DNA of 37,654 nucleotides, taken from positions 1-37,654 of the forward strand of contig JAUCBJ010008286.1 in the NCBI GenBank assembly GCA_032718475.1. The letters run 5' to 3'. The notes beneath the pieces are model-generated. The model was not told where the DNA came from, made no database searches, and saw nothing but the letters and a program-made list of their open reading frames with translations. The stretch comes from Nemertoderma westbladi (Eukaryota > Animalia > Xenacoelomorpha). The position numbers and the translations under genes were made by a program. Numbering within the stretch: position 1 is the stretch's first letter; every line of letters begins with the position of its first letter. Shown here in pieces: positions 1 to 9,927 of the stretch.

Positions 1-845
1 TAAACATTATTAGACTATGGGACCTCTATCTACCCCTACTATATCGACTACAGTGGATTTAATGGAAGAGGTTTCGAGTCAAAATTACCATAGCAACAGG
101 GTGTTCCGCCATAGCAACGGCTAAAATAAACATTATTAGACTATGGGACCTCTATCTACCCCTACTATATCGACTACAGCGGATTTAATGGAGGAGGTTT
201 CGAGTCAAAATTACCATAGCAACAGGGTGTTCCGCCCTAGCAACGGCTAAAATAAACATTATTAGAGTATGGGACCTCTACCTACCCCTACTATATCGAC
301 TACAGTGGATTTAATGGACGAGGTTTTGAGTCAAAATTACCATAGCAACAGAGTGTTCCGCCATAGCAACGGCTAAAATAAACATTATTAGACTATGGTA
401 CATCTACCTACCCCTACTATATCGACTATACAGTGGATTTAATGGACGAGGTTTCGAGTCAAAATTACCATAGCAACAGGGTGTTCAGCCATAGCAACGG
501 CTTAAATAAAAATGTTTAGACTATGGGACCAATTTCAACTCCTAATATCGAGTACGGCGGATTTAATGGACGAGGTTTCGAGTCAAATTACCATAGGAAC
601 AGAGTGTTCCGCCATAGCAACGGCAAAAATAAACATTAGTAGACTATGGGACCGCTACCTGCTCCTACTATATCGACTACAGCGGATTTAATGGACGAGG
701 TTTCGAGTCAAAATACCATAGCAACGGGGTGTTCCGCCATAGCAACGGCTTAACTAAACTTTATTTAACTATGGGACCGCTACCTACCCCTACTCTATCG
801 ACTACGGCAGATTTAATGATCGAGGTTTCGAGTGAAAATTACCAT
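1..845. repeat. Tandem satellite, ~126-bp unit, ~6.7 copies in window (continues off left edge)
   Basis: The unit start TAAACATT (degenerate in the last copies) recurs at 1, 127, 253, 379, ~507, ~630 and ~755. Units diverge toward the right edge. Each unit has CCATAGCAAC twice. Confidence 0.95.
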
Positions 846-1583
846 ACAAAATGACCGTTTTTAGATGGAATCAAAGCTAATTTGGAAGCACGCAATATTA
901 TTTAATTTTCGGATGTAACTTGTTTTGGATTGCGACCGAGTCCTTGGATGATGCGTATTAATGTTTTAGAATGCTACATTTCGGCGTCCGTCTTAGATTA
1001 TGACATAGTGCAGATATGAAAACAACGTAATAGAAATATGTTGGGGTTGGGGGCGATAATGGGGGTTACATGACATAAAAAAAATACCAAACGTAATTTT
1101 AACTACATGGAATTAAATTAGTGGGTGGGTGGGCTGACCCTTAGCCATATATTATATGAGTAAACACATTGGAGGGTGGGTGGGCTGATACATGATGCTA
1201 ATGGGGTGGGTGGTGGGAATAATTAGGGAGTAGATGGGGGGTGGTGGCTTGGGCGGGCCATGGTCCGTAATTTATTTATGATGATATTGTGATAACTAAT
1301 GGGTGGTGGTTTATTTATTTAGCTTTCATGGTTCGGGCACTAATGACCCATACTACTACAAATACGAAACTAACTACACAGCACAAATGTAACTATATAT
1401 AAATAATATTAAACTTTACAAAGACAATAGTTTATATATAAGATAAACTAAGAACATAACACAAAAATAATGTAGTTTAAGTAGATAAAAAATTCAATAG
1501 TTTTTACATCGAAAAAATATTCAAAAGATTTTACAGCGGAAAAAAATTCAAAAAATTTTTACATAAAGCACAAAATCAGAAAT

Positions 1584-4393
1584 TTAGGTTACCCCAAGCA
1601 CCACTAACCACCTCTTGCGCAACACCGAGAGAGGAGAAACGTTAGCAATTGCACGAATAATGATGTTTTGTGAAACATCAATACGTCGTAGCAAGGAAAA
1701 AATATTACTTCTCTGCACAGCCCTAAAAGTATTGATCCTATTATTTACAAAAATTTCACTAGCGTCCTCAGTTCTAGAATATTGGAAAGGTGATCTAAAA
1801 GCAGTATTATAAGCTACCTTAACCTTGCGCAAATTCTCAACACGAAATATAGACCAGAGTGAGCAACAGTACATGCTGTAACAGTAGGATCTAAATAAGG
1901 TTAACTTTACTTCATATGAACAATTCGAAAATAATCTAGCAATCTGGTTACCCCTACAATACATTGAGCACATTATACGTTTCATATCTGATTCATCGCT
2001 TAGATCGCAAGTAATTGTATGACCAAGGTAATTAACCTCCTTAACACAATGTAATAGTTTACCACAAAGATATACATCACCAGCACGGTTAATTCTATAA
2101 GGAAGAAAATACATACAGTGAGATTTAAGCGGGTTAAATTCAATATCAAATTCCACCCCAAACTTTTCACAAATAGCAATTAACTTACGTAGACCAAAAA
2201 TGCTAGGGGATAATAAACATAGATCGTCTGCATAAAAAAGATTATTAATAATAATGGAATCTACTTTGCAACCAACAAAAGAGTCGTTTAAACGTCTACT
2301 TAATTCCGTCATATAGATATTAAAGAGAAGAGGGCTGAGAAGGCTCCCCTGTCGTACACCATTAGTAACAGTGAAGACATCCGAGGAAGCACTTCCCCAT
2401 CTTATAAAAATATATTGATTTGAATACCAAAAGGAAAGAATACGTACAATTGAAACCGGTACATTAATATCCAAAAGCTGTCTAAACAATTTAAAATGAT
2501 TTACCCGGTCAAACGCCTTAGACGCATCTAAGAACGCCGAATACACTGGAGATTCTCGACTGACATATAAATGAACAGTTTCTTTTAACGCAAAAATACA
2601 CATTTCAGTGCCTAGAGCTGACTGAAAACCGAATTGATTATCAGTACATTTAGCACGACCCTTGATAAAAGGCAGTATACATGCCTCAAATACTTTCGAT
2701 ATCGCGTTAGCAACAGCTACTGTATAGGTCTGTAATTAGTGAAATCAGAATAACTAGCATTCTTATTTTTAATTACAGGTAAAATACTAGAAGTAATAAA
2801 GCTATTAGGCAAATAACCATGAACCAAAAAAGCATTAAATAATAGGGCTAACATTACTGACAAACGCGGCCCTGCAAATATTAAACTTTCTGGAAAAATC
2901 CCATCCGGACCTGCAGCCTTTCCTTTAGAAAGACTCTGAACCGCCTCATAAACCATAAACGGAGTAATATGCACATAATTAGAACCATCTCAATTATCAA
3001 ACACACCTTTCACGTAGACAAAATCATCATCCTTACACGGCACTGAGTTAAAGATATGCTCATAACTACTCTTAAAAAGATCAGCTATTTCCGGTTCGGA
3101 ATTAGCACCACCAACATTATTGGAACGTTTAATTTTCGCGTTATTTCGCGATCGCACTGAACTCCAAAAATCGTTTTTACTATCAATAAAAGACTGAGCT
3201 AATTTGTCGTCTCTGATAGACTGCACTGACCGACGGCAATTACGCAGGGCCAATTTAAACTGCGCGGTTGCACGCCGTTTCACGTCCCAAATAAAACCGA
3301 ATCTCGGTCGCCCCTGCTCACACCATATATGAAAGGCCTCCTGCGCCGCTTCATATTTTTCTTTAACAAACTCGTTCCAACCGGGAACAGCATTAGTAGT
3401 CCTACTGTTATAACTACACTTAGAAGTAGGGATATACTTATCTACACTAGATTTAATAGCACCAATAATTTGGTCGTAAGATATTTTAAGACTGCTTAAA
3501 TGTTCAGGGTTACTACAGTGAACATCACAACAAGTAACAGAGTCCGGTAAATTAAACATAGATAAGCACTCATCTAAACCTTTATGGTAAGCATCGATTA
3601 CAGTACTATCTACCTTCTTCCAATCGGAACGTGGAGAAGCTGGTTCTACGTGTACGTGCCTGGGAGATGAATCTACAGAGACATCGCACACAAAGGATAA
3701 CGGGAGATGATCATCAACCGAAACATCTGTAACTACTTTAAGACCAGAAATCTTGCCATGGAAACTTGGCGTAGAAACTACATGATCTAACCAAGACACC
3801 GTACCGTAAATATGACTTATATACGTAAACGTTTCCCTTGGTAATAAAATAACATTTGATACTAGCAACGAAGAAAAATTACAGAAATTCTGTAATTCTG
3901 TTCCAAAATTCCGACCGGGCATAGCATTAAAATCGCCAATAACTGCACAAAGATTACCGGGGTGGTCATTAATACTTGTAAAGCACACTGATAATAATTC
4001 CAAAAATAATTCGTAATTATCCGAATTATCGCACGGAAAATAGGCATTAATTAAAAACATCGTGGATCCATCCGAGCACTCTACAGTAACACCTATTAAA
4101 CGATTGTTATTCAAATTAATTATTTTAACTTTATTATTCAACGACTTATGCCAGAGGATGGCTAGCCCCCCGTTAGGCCTGCCAACACGAGGACCATCTC
4201 TTAGATCTACACTTACCACCCCACTACCAAAATAGTCGCCTTCAATGCTGTTTAAAGAATGCAGGTCCTGCTTATATTGCCACGTTTCCTGGAGAAACAA
4301 CATATCGTGATTTTTACATAGCGACCTAACATGGTCCATATGGGAGGTAAGACCTCCACAGTTGAACAAACATATCCGCAAATTATGACTCAT
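1584..4393 (-). pseudogene. LINE ORF2: apurinic-type endonuclease + reverse transcriptase (~934 aa reconstructed, two lesions)
   Basis: APE motifs: FNCGG, LQETW, GDFNA, SWLDH, DDHLP. RT motifs: YRPI, QFGF, FLDASKAFDRV, GVRQGSLLSPLLF, YADD (2223-2234), YLG. Lesions: an in-frame TGA at 2990-2992 and a 5-bp insertion at ~2719-2723. Repairing both joins ORFs 2990..4393, 2717..2974 and 1584..2603. Confidence 0.93.
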
Positions 4394-4546
4394 TATCTAT
4401 ACTAAAAAATTACTTTTTAACTAACTAAAACTCTTACTAAAAATAACAATGGGTACTGAAGCAAATTATGTCACTTAAAAATTAAGTTGGATTATTTGAT
4501 TAGAGTCTTTAGAGTAATAGTCTCTAACACTACTCCCATCCAGCAC

Positions 4547-4612
4547 TTAAACACGAGACCCATCCATAGGGACCCAGTGCCTCTTCACAAGAATCCCCTG
4601 CGGCCAGGATCT
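4547..4612 (-). pseudogene. LINE ORF1, 3' fragment (RSWPQGILVKRHWVPMDGSRV*)
   Basis: Joins in frame to ...VYEKLIDT (17007 side) when element 1 and one AGTGT copy are removed. WPxGxxVxR is the usual end of the RRM-like ORF1 domain of such LINEs. Confidence 0.85.
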
Positions 4613-4617
4613 AGTGT

Positions 4618-5861
4618 TGTTCGCGCTTTTGAAGACCTTTAGCAGTTTAACCTGCCAAAATTTATATGTCTTTTCGTTAATTAAAACCACTTTAGCATAC
4701 GACAATATTTTATGCTAATACGCAAAACACTAGCCGAAATCAGCCCATGCGCGATCATTCACCCGATGGATCTACACCCGGGAGACTGAATTCGGATGCT
4801 TAAATTTTATTATTACAGTGTAAGGTTGCAGTGTATACCTAATGTATTATTCGATAGATCGTTAATAATTAATCTCTGACAGATATTATTGGCTTTCGGG
4901 AAATATTAACAGTTCCTTTAGGACGTGGCGCTTTATCTATTTAAACAGAACTAAGACTTATACTAAACGCAACGATACTGCTTATGATTAAAGTATAAAG
5001 CGTATTCTTTAGGAAATACTTTGTTACCAATCACAATCATACACACTATTCTGCCGACAGTCAGTACATTTGATCACACATAAAGAGAGCAGTAATTGAC
5101 TCACGTAGGGTCTGCTAAATAACATTGGATTCAATACACACCACATTAATATAAATCGCAATTGTTATGTATAGCCGGTCTCTCTAACCTGTAGTGTTAT
5201 CAAGAAAATTGGGAATTGGGTGATTTATCCGTATTATCCAAATAGCAATATTTCCATCAACAAATAGGTACAATTAATAACTGACAGTAAATAACAGTAA
5301 AAACAATATGATTAATGCAATTAAATTAAGTGAGCATGTTAATTAGTGATTTATTGAGTAATTAATTGAGGTAACAGTTTATACTTTCGATAATTCAAGC
5401 AGTTTACTAGAGTTCTTCCCAAAAGGCCGGTGTTTCTGGCTTAGACAGCAATAACAACAAAGTAACAAGTAAAACAGTAAGACAGAACACTCTCCTTATG
5501 ATCGGCAGAAAAGCTACACGTCGACAGGAAAAACCGCCCTGATTGGCCCAAGCCAAACAAAGAACCACGCGTCCAATGGCTGTTTCCATGTCAGCAACCA
5601 GCTGCTAGATGTCGTAATATGAATCATCACGGCTAAGCTGTGAAAGGTAGTTGGTGCATTACAAGTTTTTTGCCTTACCATGTCCGCCAAAACACGTATA
5701 TAGCAGAATGATTTTTATGTCCGTTAAAACACCTGTAAAGGTACCTTGCGGGCGAGGGGAATATATATACAGTTAGAAAACCTTTTTAGAGTATTCCAGC
5801 GCCTGGGGGAGAACTGGCCAGCAAAGGCAAACGTATCAGTTATCCCACAAAAGCTTTTACA
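4618..5861 (-). repeat. 3' LTR of element 1 (1244 bp)
   Basis: Runs TGTTCGCG...TTTTACA on +. Matches 15762-17006 except for about 4 substitutions and one 1-bp indel seen by eye. A purine-rich GGGAGCGG (PPT-like) lies immediately upstream on - at 5862-5869. Confidence 0.96.
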
Positions 5862-5939
5862 CCGCTCCCAGAAAATGGGATTTAAGTCTATAAAATATAC
5901 CAAATCACAGTTTCTAAAATATAAAAATACTCTAAACAG

Positions 5940-7229
5940 TTAGTCTTTCTTGCGCGGACGGCGTTTACGCAGCCTTTTAAAGCTAGCAAGAGTCCTTTTC
6001 TCTTTGGGGCGAGCCACTTTACGAGGAGGGCTATAACTCCTGGGTGAAGGGTGCAATATGATTGCATCAGAAGGTATGGGATTGCGATCGGTATATCCGC
6101 CGGTCGAAGTACTGGGTTGATTGACATCAACGTCCGGGGAGAGGGGTCTAACGGCTTTGAGAGCTCGTTTCAAGACAGCCGCTCTTACGGGTCCTTTACG
6201 AGTGGTCTGAACGAGGGCCGTGGGTGGACCATAGGCAGTTAGAAACTTCCTTGGTTTAATGGTTCTTTCCAACTCGCGTTCGCGGGCTTGGTACTCGTAA
6301 GGCCGTCGATATACTTCCTGTAACTCGATATGCGTGATTTCTGTTCGACAGAAGCGAATAGATAAGGATGGAACGCATAAATTCCTTCGTAAGCGCGTCC
6401 AGGATAATAGCGATGGCGCGAATCACGATGTAAATCAGCGTTCGCTTCCCAAGCTCTAATGTAACGTAGTGTGATCATTTCATCTACGCTTTCCAAATCG
6501 CGATTAAAAAGGGCAATCGAAACTGGCGTGTCCCTTTAGTTGACAGTGGTGACATTGAGTCATAAATTGAGGGCAAACCGCAAAAATATGCAAATTATTA
6601 AATCTGCAATACGCGCAATAAATTTCCATCGCCGGTTGTTCGTGGAAATAGGAACAGCGGACGTTTGTGTCCATGGGCGTAACATGGTCTCTCGATGCGC
6701 ATAATCGACAACGTTGCCGAGAAACATAGTTGGCATGGCGATAATCGTACGCAGTGAGACACTGTGGACCTTGATACCATTCTAGGATGTAATCGTTGTC
6801 GTTGTTCCGAGCGCGATAGGCTGAATCTCTTCAGATTCCAGACATATTGGTTCGTCTTCCCAGTCTGTTACGAATAGAATTTTCGTGATCTATTCTCGGT
6901 TTATCGTTACGACGCCGCTGGGTATGATATTTAAATAGAACCATTTCCCTTTCGGTGTCTACATCGTCCGTATCATGTAAATCGATAGGATGGCCGGTAG
7001 TTAAGAAGTCCATATACGTACCATTACGATGCGTATAGCGAGCAGTTAATTTTCGATAGTCCAATTCACACGTAAGTTGCTCTTGGGACATCGGCGGTTC
7101 GATATAACGACCATCGTCCTCCGTAATAGTCGGATCGGCTTCACCGCGTATCAAGCTATCCACAAACGCTTGTAAAGGTAGAGTATATCGCTCCCTGATA
7201 CCAAGGTCATCTTCTATCAATTCCGTCAT
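5940..7229 (-). pseudogene. Element 1 accessory ORF (~430 aa reconstructed): three CCHC-type zinc knuckles + WExxADxH domain + basic tail
   Basis: Reading through the TGA at 6831-6833 gives CRLCASRDH...C, CAYCRFNNLHIFAVC and CHHCQLKGHASFDC. Removing one T of the T-run at ~6506-6510 joins ORF 6239..6496 (WEANADLH...). A compensating shift returns to the frame of 5940..6272. Homologous to 20591..21460. Confidence 0.75.
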
Positions 7230-8040
7230 ATCTGTTATCTGAGTTTATTAATATCAATATGAGTTAATATTTTAGGCAAGCGGGCGTCGCTGCCTACTAG
7301 GCTTTGCCCCCGGACAGTGGGTTTCTCAGCGCCGATGTACCGCTGTCGCAGTGTTTACGCCAACATGTAGCAATAGCACGACAACGATAACTGGCACAAG
7401 TCCCACCACTGTCCGTCCCAAAAGCTTGAATCCACTTGAGGTTATCTCGGTAGAGTTAGGGCTATTTTACAATTGCGATTAGCTACTGTAAACACACTTT
7501 AGTAGTAACATTCACCTATAAACGCACAAATTCCATACAATCATTACTTACTACACACATGCATGCCATTTGTCCGTTAGTCAGTGTCTTCCAGAATGTC
7601 ACGTTATTACTATGTATCCTTGGATACTAATAGTGCGCTATGTATACTCTTATGCTACGCAATGGGGCAAGCTTTTATTGTTCCTTTAACTTGCTTCTAA
7701 TTCTAGCGTGGGTGTTGCCATGGTGACATTATGGAAAACTAGCGGTAGAATTAGGGCAATTCTCATGTATACAGATCTGGGATGTTATTTAATAGTAATT
7801 CTTTAATTGTCAATATCCTCTTTATGCATGATTTTATAAATTTTATCGGCTATTGACTATATGTTGGAGATTCTCACACTCTAGTACACTCAATATGAAT
7901 CTCCGCTCCCATGATCTATTAATTACTGGAATTTTGGGAATGTTGTAAATTGCACAAAATGACAATTTATGAAATTCATTCGAATATGAATTTAAATTTA
8001 TTCCCGTGAATTTTATTATTTGATATTAAATTGACATAAA

Positions 8041-8333
8041 TTTTATTCCAGAGCATATCTGGGGACTCAGGATCCTTAATTCTGTAAAATAGTCCTTCTA
8101 AGAATATCGGTAAATACTGCGATATCTCAATTGACTAGAAATTTTAAAGGATCGGGATTTTACAGATTTTAACAAATATTAAATTAATATTTTAGGATGG
8201 GCACCGATTTATTCCAGAACTTGTCTGGGGACGTTAACCACTGATTCTAGAATTTGTCTTTCAAGTATATCGGTGGGTGCCGCGATATCTTAATCGACTA
8301 GAATTACAGATGGTCAAAAGGTTTAACAGATTT
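8041..8333. repeat. Diverged ~165-bp direct duplication in the non-coding interior of element 1
   Basis: TTTATTCCAGA..TCTGGGGAC...ATATCGGT...GCGATATCT..GACTAGAA occurs at ~8042 and ~8208. Confidence 0.7.
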
Positions 8334-8850
8334 ATTTGCGTTTTACGCTACTGTTAGAGGGACATCACGCTACTATATGTATTATCTGTTATAAGGTAGA
8401 AGAGCAATATCGCACGAAGCAATGTCAGTGTGAAGAGGCAAGTCGTTTCCAAGGTCTACCCAGAGCTTGGTTTAGCCGAGACACGAGGATCTGAACTTTG
8501 CATTCCTAATACTCTGCCTACCAATAATACTTAAATATAGTAGTGGCTTTACTGTACTTTAAGAAGTACTGACATGTCATCTTACTATAGTCTCGCATTT
8601 ATAATATAATACGGACAGTAAGGAAAGAGAAAATAATTACTTCTTGCCGTCGCACTAAATATATATTATAAGTAATTATGTACGTAATAAACACTAATAT
8701 ATTGCACTAATCTACTAACATTCTAAAATAACATTTTACTAAATAGAATTAAATAAAAACGATTATAATAAAGTACATAATAATACATACATAAATAGAA
8801 AATAAAAACAAATATAAAATGATATAGTCACACGCCCACTCCACATGCTA

Positions 8851-9927
8851 TCACGTTATGGAGTCCCTAGATATTTGTCGGATTAGGGAAGTAGTCGTAG
8901 GAAGAGTATCTTGCCTTCCATAGTTTTCGGACAGTTTTCGGTCTCTTTCCAGTAAACATAAACGACTAGCTGGGCGATTGAGTTGTTGTGTTACTTTCTC
9001 CGCTCCCTTGGCCTGTCTAATTTCTGCCGTGGTAAGATGAGGAGGCCATTCTTCTTCTTCTTTACTTAAGGAGTCGGATCCACCTAACCAGCCTGGAGTA
9101 TCTATCAGTTCTTGAAGAGTTGCTCCTCTGGAAGCGGTGTCGGCTGGATTAATCGTCCCAAGGCAATGTCTCCATTGATCTACATTGGAGTTAATATCGT
9201 CATTATCTGAGGAGTATGGTGTTCCCTCAGTTGGGTCGTCCACATCACTGCTCTCCACTTCCCCCTTTACTTGGTATACCTGTTGTTGAGGTAATCTCTC
9301 TTTGAGAGTTCTACGGGAAGGGCCAGTGAAGTACCAACCTACTCTAGTTCTTACCGCATAGGTTTGTAGTGGCTGTGGTTGAGCAGGCCGTTTCTCTAAT
9401 GGCTCGAGCGCCTCATGCGCGTTTTGGCCGATGAGTATTTGCACTCCAGGATAATCTGTCTGGAATCGAGGTATCTTAAGATGTTGGACGCTCTCATCTT
9501 CGTCCCAATTATAAAGGTCTGCTTGAGTAGTAGCAAAGTTCTTTATAGCCACCATTTTTACTGACCTTACACCTTGTGTTCCTAACTTATCCTGGGGGGT
9601 GGACAACACACCTACATAGTAATCTGCCGTCAGGGTAGATTTCCAAACCTGCATAATTCCTGACATATTCAATTTAGTCCGGAACTTGGGTTGTCCAGCA
9701 AAGATATCTTCGGCTAGTTCTTGATCGATGAATGTTCCTGTGCTGCCGGAGTCCAGGAGGGCGTTCACTATGTAGCTTTTGTTAAGACCGTGAACTCTTA
9801 CCTGAACTACAGGAAATTCTCTGATTCCTACGTTGGAAGCTGGAGCTTTCCAAGATGGTTGTTTGGCGAAAGTAGTTTGGGGAAACTCCTCGTTGATGTC
9901 TTTTTCGTAAGTAAGTGCTCGATACAC
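8851..9927 (-). pseudogene. BEL/Pao aspartic protease (DUF1758-type) fused in frame to the C-terminal remnant of RNase H
   Basis: ALLDSGSTGTFI catalytic motif, ILIG and AVRTRVGWYFTGP, then directly QWRHCLGTINPADTASRG...WLGG...WP (Pao RNase H end). There are no RT motifs between them and no integrase after. Confidence 0.88.

Noticed and set aside
1-845. CRISPR-like array (also considered for the 17-, 21- and 162-bp repeats)
   Set aside because: The units are head-to-tail with no unique spacers, there are no cas genes, and the context is eukaryotic.
5407-5589. Duplicated small ORF (also 16495..16734)
   Set aside because: It lies within the LTRs, differs by a frameshift between copies and has no recognisable domain.
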